Shown here piece after piece: positions 53,401 to 64,000 of a DNA stretch of 64,000 bases. The DNA is from Azolla caroliniana. Its lineage: Eukaryota; Plantae; Polypodiophyta. The position numbers and the translations under genes are program-made. The notes beneath the pieces were generated by a model that did no database searches, was not told the origin of the DNA, and saw nothing but the letters and a program-made list of their open reading frames with translations. The first letter of the stretch is position 1, and each line of letters begins with the position of its first letter. The DNA lies in NCBI GenBank assembly GCA_043228905.1, contig JBHGNT010000004.1, positions 24,614,001 to 24,678,000 on the forward strand. The letters are read 5' to 3'.

Positions 53401-54684
53401 GCCAATAACTCCGGAAGTTATGTGGAATGAACTCCCCAAGTTGTTTCTTAAATTCTGAGACAAGGGTAGCAGCACATGTCTCCTTATATACTTCCTTGAT
53501 ACGCTTAGTTACAACTCCCTTGCCAATATTTTCAGTCACATACTCTAAATATTTCCATTTCACGATATGACTGTTTCCCAAATCAAGCTCCTGCATACAA
53601 AATAATGGTAGCGGACAAACCTTACATGTTCTTAATAGACATGTACGACGATGCCACTCACATGATGGTTCTTTTTCACAAACACAAGACCTCCATAGCT
53701 CAGAAACAGATGCATAAGTCATGTTTCGTGCATTACACCTATTATCCTCCCCATTTGGTCTACATATCTCACAAGTGCAGACACATAATTCCCCGTGTAT
53801 ACCCTTACAATCAGTACGCATTGCATTCACGGCTAGCCTTAACATGTCCATCTTCACATGGTACACACAACAACATGTATTCCTCTCATTTAATTTTCTA
53901 ACATAAAATGGTTTCAAACCTTGGAACTTGCGGAATCCAACAGTCAAGCTTGGATGTTGATCTTTAAAGTTCATGTACAATTCAGCCTACATCAACCAAT
54001 ATATATAGCAAACATTAATATACAGTTGGTCAAAACACAAAGTTATGGAATGTGAAATGATATAAAAAAATGGAATACCTCTGTCATCTCCAAGAAGTGT
54101 CTAGGGTGAATCTGGTACTTACCCTGACTTATTCGTTGTCTACACACGTCCTTCTTATTTGGTGAGACACGCGTATTTTTGGCCCAAAATGAATCCACTT
54201 TCTCAATAATCTCTTGAGATAAGGCATCACATCGTCGTCTACGTCCCAACCCCATCCACTTGAATTTGTTTGAGTGTATATTTTGGCGATGTTTCCTCAA
54301 GTTCCTTCTTTGAATACCCAGGGCTAAGGCAACTTTAGTATCACTATATTTTTTTCCTCTCGCACCGTTCACAACCATGTGTAGGGCTGCCCTCTTTGCA
54401 GCAAGTTTGTCTAAGCTCTCTACACCTTTCACTAAGTCTAGGGATGACTTCATAGACTCTACAATCTCTTCTGAAACACATTGGTCCCTAAATTTTATTC
54501 TCTCCATGTCTTCATTCAAACTTTGATGGTGTAACACTCTACAGATAATATCCCTACGATCCTCTTCACTAAATCTCTTTGTTATTTCTACCAAATAACG
54601 GACTATGTGAAGAACCACTCGTCTCTTAGTCCTTTCAGATATGCATGAGTTACTTGACAACTCACTCTCGTTAGGAACCCCCAT
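50488..54684 (-). CDS. Sola2-like DDD transposase (about 813 aa, 3 exons)
   Basis: Exons 54684-54079, 53986-53037 and 51373-50488, GT-AG and in frame (2442 nt). Motifs IDFAENY, EVQSMHW, ISDDKKHD, WSDGAASQFK, WNYFGSGHGKGEHDGAG plus Cys-rich clusters. Confidence 0.88.
51460..52845. repeat. Higher-order tandem array in transposase intron 2 (about 268-bp, then 146-bp units)
   Basis: Units at 51485, 51753, 52021 and 52293, then 52356, 52502, 52648 and 52794. Core AGTACAATGTGTCTATGGAGAACCCTTCACAT. Confidence 0.93.
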
Positions 54685-54764
54685 TCGGTCACTAGATTTA
54701 TCCGCAAAAATTAAGTGGCTTGCAAAAGTAGTTAATGTTATATAGACTCAACCAAGAAAACACA

Positions 54765-55360
54765 ATCAAATGTTTTTAAATGTGGCCTGCAAAGTGAAAG
54801 ATATTTCGTTTCAAACATTAGAATTACATATCAAATATGACAATTGTCAGTTCTAAAATTTTTGTACTGAAATATGAAGAAATGTAACATTTTAGTACTG
54901 AAAATAAAAAAAACGGTTTGGTGAAAGGAACCTCCAATGGTGGACGGAGCGTTGGATATGCCGCCTCGATTTGGTGGAAGGAACCTCCAATGCCGCCTCG
55001 ATTTGGTGGAAAAAGCCACAAATCACCACGACACCAAATCAAATGTTTTTAAATGTGGCCTGCAAAGTGAAAGATATTTCGTTTCAAACATTAGAATTAC
55101 ATATCAAATATGACAATTGTCAGTTCTAAAATTTTTGTACTGAAATATGAAGAAATGTAACATTTTAGTACTGAAAATAAAAAAAACGGATGGAAGGAAC
55201 CTCGAATGGATGGAGGGGGCGTTGGATATGCCGCCTCGATTTGGTGGAAGGAACCTCCAATGGTGGACGGAGCGTTGGATATGCCGCCTCGATTTGGCGG
55301 AAGGAACCTCCAATGCCGCCTCGATTTGGTGGAAAAAGCCACAAATCACCACGACACCAA
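54765..55360. repeat. About 273-bp duplication with internal GCCGCCTCGATTTGGTGGAAGGAACCTCCAATG repeats, upstream of the transposase
   Basis: AATCAAATGTTTTTAAATGTGGCC occurs near 54764 and 55037. Confidence 0.9.
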
Positions 55361-55868
55361 CTTCAATGGATGGATGTAAGAAAGTCGTTGTCGAAGAAGT
55401 CACTATTGGCTGCTACCAACAGTCTCTGTACCTCGACCTAAACCCTAACAAAAACAGAAACCCTAAAAAAATCAGAAATCCTCAACTTAAACGCTCAAAA
55501 CAGACATGGATGTCTGAGATTTAGATTGGAGGAAATCAGAAACTGAACATGGATCTGTGATGAAAAGCTCAGAGGGATAGAGGAAGAGGAGTATGAGGGG
55601 AACCGCCAAAACGACGTGAGGGGAAGCGCCAAAATCGACGTGAGGGGAAAATAGCCCCCAAAATGGAATGAACATCTCCTCACCTGTTCCCCCCACTCCT
55701 TCTACAATAAATGACACTTGTACTACAGTCACCCCACTCTCCAAAATCGATTTTCTTTTTCTCTGATTTTTTTTTTTTGAATTATTCATACTAACAGTAC
55801 TAAAAGTACTGACAATTTTTGTGGCCAAAAACAGTACTTTTCTGGTACACCGTAGCGTGCTTCTACCC

Positions 55869-56156
55869 TTGCCGTATCTTGAAGATTCTTTCTTGTAACT
55901 CATCCGTGGCTACCCGACTGAAGGATATCACTTGCAATCCTTCCGGTATCCCACATCGCATCATCTCCATCTTGTAGTCATGTAGATAGCGTGACACATC
56001 CTTTCCGTCGAATTCCCCGTTTCTTTGCACAAGCCGCACTACTGCCGATTTCATCTCTGACATTGTGTGTTGCTCTTCTTGCATCCGCTTAATCATCATC
56101 ATCATCATATTCATCGCTTCTTGTTGATTCTCCATCTCCTTACCACCCGCCTTCAC
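55869..56156 (-). pseudogene. gag N-terminus of the 41169-56877 element, continued at 43430 after the DNA transposon
   Basis: GEFDGKDVSRYLHDYKMEM aligns by eye with family B gag GRFGGKNIMDFLATYRNEM. Confidence 0.85.
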
Positions 56157-57183
56157 GTCGGGTTCACCAACTGTGTCGTGCCCTTCGGCTCCGGATCGTT
56201 GCGTGAGTCGGGTGGGAACCGCCGAGGTTTTGGACTAGGAGGAAGAGGAATACAACTTAAGGCTAGTTATGAATAATAGGAAGAGAAGTAAGATAGTAAT
56301 CTCGTGAATCCCACGAGTTTAGTGTATTTTAAAACAATATTTAGATTATAAGAGTAATTTTGATGGCAAAATTCGTGAATCCCACGAATATATTAGATTG
56401 ATCAATTCTTCTATATTAATCAACAACCTTATACATATTTCTCTCATCCTTATATAAAGATGGAAGAGGCTAAGCATGGCTTCATGCTTTTTCACCTAAA
56501 GTGTCCATGCACACTAAATGTGCATGTGATGCTTTGTCATTTCCTAAATATAGGGCTCATGCACGCTAGATGTGCACGAGTCACTTTTAATGTCACGTGT
56601 AAATAAAATATTCACTCTAAAGAATACATGATTTTTACCTTTTAATAAAGGTATGTGTAAATAAAGGTCTTATACGTATTAAATCTATATTTATAACACT
56701 AAAGATAAGTTATTACAATGGTAAAGTTGGGGTTTATCTACGTGGAGGTGCATGGTTTGAATCTTGCCCTATGCACGTGATAAATTCTTTTGATATATTA
56801 TTTATTTATTTATATGTATCTAAATTCGGATATATTATTTTATGGTTTTCACGTAGTGTGTGGAATACACTACGACAACGCATACGCCCGAAGCATCAAC
56901 ACGGTCGTGAATACGCACGTACGCCCGAAGCGTCAACACGACCGTGCATACGCGCGTACACCCGAAGCGTCAACACGGCCGTGCATACACGCGTACGCCT
57001 GAAGCATCAACACAGTCGTGGAATAGCACGTGCGCGCCTCCAACCCGCACACACACGCGTCCCGACCGCACCGTGTACGCATCCGCGCGCTCGTCCGCAT
57101 ACATGCGTCTGTCTGAAACATCCACGCGGCCATGCACGCGTACGCCCGAAAACTTCCATGCGGTCGTGCATACACGCATACGC

Positions 57184-60100
57184 TGTCGTGAAGAAAACCG
57201 TCCACGAGCGGAATCGGTGCGCCAGAGCACAGGAACCGGCTCTTCATGCACGAGCGCCTTATGTTGTACATAAGAGAGAATTAGGGACATAGAAGATCGT
57301 AGGTGGGTAGATTCGGTAGGTAGGAAATTAATAGGAAACGGCTCCCTTCTTGCCTATAAAAGGAGGGAGACGAGGAAAAGGAAGGGATCGCGAAGTAAGA
57401 GAGGACGAAGTGTTGTCGGATTGCAAGCCGAAGGCTTCTCTCTCTTCCAAACTCCATAGCTTCTTTCTGTGCAGGTTTCGGGAGGCTCGCGCTGCTCTGA
57501 GGAAAGCCCGAGTGCTTCCGGCAGCACCTCCAACCTACTCCTTTCTTCCTGTGCGTTTACGAACAGGCACCGGCATCTGTTCGCCGGCCTGTTCGGTTGT
57601 AACCGACTTCGTGCTTCTTGTTGTTTGCCTTGTTTGTATAAATTTTTACATACATTCGTGTCTCTCTGTGTCGCTGTCGCACTCGCGTCTCTGTGTCGAA
57701 GGGCCGTGTCCCTGTGAATCTACGTTCGCACCTTGTGGGTCTCTTCCCCTCTCCTTTCCTCTCTTGCTCTTCGTTACAAGACCCCCGAGGTCCCACCTCG
57801 TTCCACGCATCCGCGAGGAATACCTCGACATCTTGGTGAACCCGACGTGAAAGAGGCGGCAGAAGAGCAGAAGATGAAGGGGTCGGATCTTGCAGAGGCC
57901 GTGGCTTCGGTCGTGGATCGGATATTGAGTGCACGCGAGGGCACCGGCGCCCTCGACAGAGCCATTGAGGCGGTCGTCGGTACGATCGGCCGGTTCAACG
58001 GAAAGGAAGTTTTGCTTCTCCAACAACGGAGGGTGTATGATAGTCGGCATCGTTGGCCGAGAAAAGACAAGGGCGGAAGTGCGACTTCAAGCGTGCGGAG
58101 TTCTCAGCCCGGACGAGGAAATCAGCGGAGCCGTGGAGGCGGTCTCCTTCGACGACACCTTGGGAATGCTAAGGGAGGTAGCCGGAGAAGACCTTAACGA
58201 AGACCGGACGATACCGGTATGTTCCGAAGAGATGTACGAAGTCATCGCGAACTTCAGTCGGGGGCTCGGGTCGGATCGGACGGCCCAAGTTAGCACAAAG
58301 TACAAGACTGTGGACCGGAAGGTAAGGCCAGTCGCGGCACCCTTACCGGAGGGCAGCGAGTCCCGGATCAGAGGGGTTGCGTCGGACCCCAGTTTGCGAG
58401 ATACGGCCTGCATAGGACACACCTTCACCGACGGGACACTCCGGGAGCTCAAGATCGGTGGGGGCGGGTTCCTACTACCGGCGGAGGAAGACCGGTTTCG
58501 GAGGATGCTCGGAAGGCACGGGAAAGCCTTCGCATTCTCACCGGAAGAGATCGGGTGCGTAGACCCGACGATCGTGGAGCCGATGGTGATATTCACAGTA
58601 CCGCATGTGCCGTGGATTCTCAAGCCGATTCCAGTACCGAGAGCTCACATCCCGAAGTTGATAGAGCTATTGAGGCAGAAAGTCGATATGGGCATTCTCG
58701 AACCATCAAGTGCCCCATACTCGAACCGATGGTTTACCGTACCAAAGAAAAACGGAACGATGCGCTTCATTCAAGACCTGCAGCCGGTCAACAGAGTGAC
58801 CATTCGGAACGCAGGAATTGGACCGACCATAGACGAGTTCGCGGAGGCCTTCGCCGGAAGGTCGATTTACTCGGTCGGTGATCTGTACTCGGGGTACGAC
58901 CAGTTCCAACTAGCCGTGGAGAGCAGAGACATTACGACAATGCGAACCCCCCTTGGCCTAGTGCGAATGTGTACCCTGCCACAAGGAGGGACCAACTCGG
59001 TGGCCCACATGGTGAATGCAATGAACAAGGTACTGAGAGATTGCATCCCGGACATCACCATGCCATTTCTAGACGACATTCCGATCAAGGGGTGCCCGGT
59101 AGAAGAGAAGGACGCAACACTCGGACCGGACGGATGCCGGCGATTCGTGGCGACACACATCGACGACTGCGAGAAGGTGCTACAAAGGCTAGAGGATGCG
59201 AGGCTCACCTTCTCCGGGGAGAAATCAGCCTTCGGGCAATCAGAAATCCTGGTGGTTGGACACCTGTGTGGACCATATGGCCGGAAGCCGTCTCCGGCAA
59301 AGGTAGAAGCCATCTCCGCGATGAAGACCGACTGTAGCTCGGTTACGGAAGTTCGGAGGTTCCTGGGGGCATGCGCATTCTACCACATATGGATCCCGCA
59401 TTACGCCCACGTTGCGGAGCCGCTATACGGGTTGCTGAAGAAAGGGCGAAAATTCGAGTGGCGAGACGAGCACATGGAGTCGGTCCGGAAGCTAAAGGAA
59501 GCTCTAGCGGCAGCACCGGCGCTCCGGAAGGCTGTCTACGAGAAGGGTACCCCGGTATACATAACGGTGTATACGAGTCCGACCGGGATCGGATGGGTCG
59601 TCAACCAAGAAGACGGGGACGGCATTCGGTTCCCGATCCGATTCGGCGCAAAGGTCCTCAATGAGCGACAGCGAGGGTACGCCCAGGTTAAACGCGAACT
59701 CTGGGGTATCGTTTCAGCAGTGAAGGCCGACAAAGACTACCTTATCGGGACGAAAGTGATTATCGAGACGGATTGCCTGCCAATTCTCGGCATGGTTTCC
59801 GGATGCGCGACACCGGACCTGGCGATGCTCAGGTGGATAGCGTACATCAAGTCCCTGGATCCGGAAATACGGCACATTTCCGGAAAGGACAACGTCATGG
59901 CCGACATGCTTTCGAGGGCGAGGTTTGATGACGAGGGCGGCATGGTTTCGGAGGACGAAGAAGTCGGCGTGGACTTCTTCGAGGCGGCGTACGTGACGAC
60001 CGATGGGACGAGCACTCCGGCACTTAACGACTTCGACGAGAGCAAGTACGACGGCGAGTGGCTCCAGATCGATGGATTTTTGAGGACAATGACGCCGGAT

Positions 60101-62116
60101 GCGTCATGGACGAAGGACGAGGCCAACCGGATCCGGAAGAAAGCTTACCGATTCTTTCTCCGGGACGGATACTTATGGAAGCACCCGAAGAAGAGGAACG
60201 GCGTCCCGCTCCGGGTGGTGGCGATGAAGGAAGAACAGGAGGAGCTGCTGACGGCCTACCACGACAGCCCTTGGGCTGGGCACCGTGGAACGTGGGCCAC
60301 GTTCGAGAAGATAAAGGGGAAGTACTGGTGGTCGGGACTGTACCGGGACGTGCATCGGTTCGTGGCAACTTGCGAGAGCTGTCAAATGCACTCCATAGTC
60401 CGACAACGGGACGAGCTTCACCCTACGTACCCTCCGACCATCCACTTCAAATGGATGGTAGATCTGGTGACGATGCCGATGGGAGTAGGACAGATGCGGT
60501 ATCTGGTCCTGGCTCGGGAAGATCTGACGAACCAGGTGGAAGGCCGAGCCCTTCAGAACAAAACGACCGCGGCCGTATGTCGGTTCCTGATCGAGGACGT
60601 GATATGCCGGTACGGGTGCGTCGGGAAGATCGTGGCTGATCGCGGGGAGTTGGACGCCGAAGAGGCCAAGGAGCTGTTCGACCGGTTAGGAGTCAAGCTC
60701 TCGCTTACCACTGCGTACAATCCGGAGGCGAATGGAAAGGTGGAGCGCGGACACGGACCGATCATCAAGGCGTTAGTTCGGGCGTGCGGGGGTCAAGTCG
60801 GGAACTGGCCACGGCTGCTGCCTTACGCGTTGTGGGCTGACCGAACTACGCACAGCTCGGTAACCGGATTCATGCCGGCAGAGCTCATGTTTGGGCAGAA
60901 GCCGATCATGCCGATGGAACGTACAATCTCCTCGTGGGCAACCGTGGACTGGAGAGACGAGATGAGTCGGGAGGAACTATTGGCGGCGCGCATACGTCAG
61001 CTCGAGCGAAGGCCGGAAGACGTGGAGCAGGCTGCGGGAAAGCTTCGGGAAGCAAGGATGAGGAACAAAGCCCGGTTCAACCGAACGCATCGGCTCCGAC
61101 CGAAGAAGATCGAGGAAGGCGACTGGGTGCTAGTCTACGACATCAGCCTCGACAACCAGCACCGAGCAACACGGAAGTTCGCAAAAAGGTGGTTCAGGCC
61201 TTACGTGGTACAAAGCGCCAACGACAACGGGACGTACCATCTGGCGGAACTCGACGGCACGAGAGTGGCGATACTGGTAGCAGGGAAGCAGATCAAAGCG
61301 TTCAAGAAGCGTCACGACGACGAGCCGGATCCGGATAACCTGGATCGGGACGACGAACGATCCGAAGCCGAGGAAGAACCGACGAGCGGGGAATGAAGGC
61401 TGGACCGGTTTTCTCCGTCCCAACTCAATTTGGCGCATGCCGGTGGATGCGCGGTTAGGTGGGGGCGGATGTCGTGAAGAAAACCGTCCACGAGCGGAAT
61501 CGATGCGCCAGAGCACAGGAACCGGCTCTTCATGCACGAGCGCCTTATGTTGTACATAAGAGAGAATTAGGGACATAGAAGATCGTAGGTGGGTAGATTC
61601 GGTAGGTAGGAAATTAATAGGAAACGGCTCCCTTCTTGCCTATAAAAGGAGGGAGACGAGGAAAAGGAAGAAATCGCGAAGTAAGAAAGGACGAAGTGTT
61701 GTCGGATTGCAGGCCGAAGGCTTCTCTCTCTTCCAAACTCCATAGCTTCTTTCTGTGCAGGTTTCGGGAGGCTCGCGCTGCTCTGAGGAAAGCCCGAGTG
61801 CTTCCGGCAGCACCTCCAACCTACTCCTTTCTTCCTGTGCGTTTACGAACAGGCACCGGCATCTGTTCGCCGGCCTGTTTGGTTGTAACCGACTTCGTGC
61901 TTCTTGTTGTTTGCCTTGTTTGTATAAATTTTTACATACATTCGTGTCTCTCTGTGTCGCTGTCGCACTCGCGTCTCTGTGTCGAAGGGCCGTGTCCCTG
62001 TGAATCTACGTTCGCACCTTGTGGGTCTCTTCCCCTCTCCTTTCCTCTCTTGCTCTTCGTTACAAGACCACCGAGGTCCCACCTCATTCCATGCATCCGC
62101 GAGGAATACCTCGACA
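57184..62116 (+). mobile_element. tRNA-Trp-primed Ty3/gypsy element with an internal gag-PR deletion
   Basis: 647-bp LTRs 57184-57830 and 61470-62116 (about 9 differences), TSD ACGC, PBS TGGTGAACCCGACGTGAA at 57834 and PPT GGTGGGGGCGGA. Confidence 0.96.
58012..61396 (+). CDS. RT-RNaseH-integrase ORF, uninterrupted
   Basis: Lies within ORF 57929-61396 and is highly similar to the family B pol at 35139-38000. No protease motif. Confidence 0.9.
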
Positions 62117-62470
62117 ACGCCTGAAGCGTCAACACGGTCGTGCATACGCACATACGTCCGAAACGTCAACACGGTCGTGCATACGCACATACGCCCAAAG
62201 CGTCAACACGGTTGTGCATACGCACATACGCCCAAAGCGTCATCACGGCCGTGCATACGCGCGTGGGTCTCTTCCCCTCTCCTTTCCTCTCTTGCTCTTC
62301 GGTACAAGACCCCCGAGGTCCCACCTCGTTCCACGCATCCGCGAGGAATACCTCGACAACGCCTGAAGCGTCAACACGGTCGTGCATACGCACATATGTC
62401 CGAAACGTCAACACGGTCGTGCATACGCACATACGCCCAAAGCGTCATCACGGCCGTGCATACGCGCGTA
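62021..62470. repeat. 242-bp-period duplication of the LTR 3' end plus flank
   Basis: GTGGGTCTCTTCCCC...CCTCGACA-ACGCCTGAAGCG occurs at 62021 and 62263. Confidence 0.9.
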
Positions 62471-62875
62471 CACCCAAAGCGTCAACACGGTCATGCATAC
62501 CCGCGTACGCCCGAAGCGTGCACACCACACAATGTAGTCCAAGTCACCTTGAACATTCTATGCTCCACACATTGATAGAATGAATATGTTTTGGTTTCCC
62601 TTATATATCCTGCGTTCCAATGTTGACCTATCTATGTGGGATATCTCACAGTTTGTATTTTTTTCCTTTTTCTCTTTAAACTTCTCACTCACATAACTTG
62701 ATACTTATTTATCCAATTCATGCGTAGTAAAATACATTATGAAGCTCTTGAACACATCTATCTTTCCATATCAATATATTAAGCTAATCGTAAATAATTA
62801 TTTTACTAGTTTTTATATCGTGTGTGAAAAACCACACGACACCGGCCACACCCTTAGGTAAGAAATTTCTGAAAA

Positions 62876-64000
62876 TATGTTGAATAATAGAAGGAGAATG
62901 GATAGGGAACCACACCCTCTTCGACGAAAGGGAAATATGGAAATTGTGGATGAATTTGAATCACGAGAAATATTAGAGCATGGTAGTGACCAAATGAAAC
63001 AACCAAGAGGGCAAACCTCATAGGATTTAGAAGAAACAGCGGCGATCAAATTTGGATCTCTCCATGAAGCGTTGGAAGCAGAAGGGCAAGAGTCACGAGA
63101 AGAGACAACTCGAAGACTCGTGGAGACAGATGTTGGCCACAACCAAGCCCCACCAAAGGATCGATTAGAAATATTAGTAGATCTCCTTCTCATAAATGCA
63201 AATAGGGGCATAGAAGGGGGAGGCAGAAGGTTCATGCCAATCAAACCTCAAATGTATTCAGGTGAACGAAAATCACTAGCCTTGAATAGGTGGCTTCATG
63301 AGGTAGAATACTTTCTTCAGCAAAGCAGTATATCTTAAGACTAGTGGACCATATCTGCAACAAACTTTTTAGAAGGGAGGGCCTTAAATTGGTATCTAGC
63401 CGAAGAGAACGCATATCAATTCATGGGATTGCAAGCCTTCTCAACTCGAATGCGGCAATATTTTATCCACCAAATAAAACAACACGTTTGATGGATGAAT
63501 GGAGGAAATTAAGGGAAGGAGAGGGGAGTTTTTCAACATATGTCGACAAGTATAGACAACTCATGCTTCAACTTCCTCATTTTCATGAAGTGCCTAAAAT
63601 TCATGGTTTTTTGTTGGGTTTAAGATCGAAAATCAAGATGGAGATTGAAAAGCAACAACCGATGAATTTGGAGATGGCAATTCAACTAGCTAAATGAATT
63701 GGTGATTTTGAAGAACTTCAACAGCCATGAAATTGTCCATCTACTTCCCTATGAGACATGATTTTAATAGGCAAGGGCAAAGAGTCTTCAACAGATCACC
63801 TACTATGTCCCAAGATAATTGGGGGGATAGTCGTGGAACACGAAAAACCATGTTATCCACATCAAATGGGGAAAGGCTCCCAAATCTTCGAAGGGGTTGT
63901 TTTGAATGCGGCGGTCCACATTTAACATTTGAATGTCCCCGAAGGAAATCACCTAAAGTCGTGGTAGCCCAAGCTAATGTTAGGGATCTTGATAAGGGAC
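62876..64000 (+). mobile_element. Degraded Ty3/gypsy gag, continuing beyond the window
   Basis: YSGERKSLALNRWLHEVEYFL, LEGRALNWY, FLLGLRSKIK and a CFECGGPHLTFECP knuckle near 63898. Contains stops. Confidence 0.8.

Larger units (their letters stand above)
43435..55868 (-). mobile_element. Complete TIR DNA transposon, Sola2-like, 12,434 bp
   Basis: TIRs GGGT(C/A)GAAGCA(T/C)GCTACGGTGTACCA at 43435-43460 and 55843-55868 (24/26). TSD TTGC at 43431-43434 and 55869-55872. Removing it restores the host gag reading KIRQ|QNPTWESFEEAI. Confidence 0.93.
41169..56877 (-). mobile_element. Young non-autonomous (gag-only) LTR retrotransposon, tRNA-Trp PBS
   Basis: 704-bp LTRs 41169-41872 and 56174-56877 (one difference seen), TSD ACGC, PBS TGGTGAACCCGACGTGAA at 56169-56152, PPT GGAGGGGGCGAG. 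No pol. Confidence 0.95.
40325..62529 (-). mobile_element. Probable 5' LTR of the family B element, split by two nested insertions (pieces 40325-41168, 56882-57183, 62121-62529)
   Basis: TGTAGTG...CACCACA ends adjacent to the PBS. The same CGTGCATACGC/CGTCAACACGG repeats continue across both insertions once the TSDs are removed. Confidence 0.6.

Noticed and set aside
55565-55583. AAGCTCAGAGGGATAG resembles miR390
   Set aside because: It has a gap and 3' mismatches, and no complementary arm was seen.
56152-56169. tRNA-Trp gene
   Set aside because: Only the 3' 18 nt including CCA are present, next to an LTR, so it is a primer binding site.

Overview
Plant-like, almost gene-free window made of nested transposable elements. 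The retroelement types (tRNA-Trp-primed Ty3/gypsy with 4-bp TSDs, self-priming LTR elements) suggest a non-seed land plant; this is an inference. The best candidate for an undescribed system is a 12.4-kb cut-and-paste DNA transposon at 43435-55868. It has 26-bp GGG...CCC TIRs and a 4-bp TTGC TSD, and sits inside a very young non-autonomous LTR element (41169-56877). It carries an intact 3-exon Sola2-like transposase (about 813 aa, minus strand) and a convergent intact 6-exon accessory gene (about 922 aa: coiled coil, RING-H2, acidic repeats). The large introns of both genes are tandem arrays rich in (T)AGTAC(T). Other notable items are a -1 frameshift signal with a pseudoknot between protease and RT, a Tf1-type self-priming LTR element with a fold-back inversion at the priming site, four LTR insertions with 4-bp RYRY TSDs, and a truncated BAHD acyltransferase pseudogene. 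All coordinates, splice models and identity counts were read by eye, without alignment or database searches.
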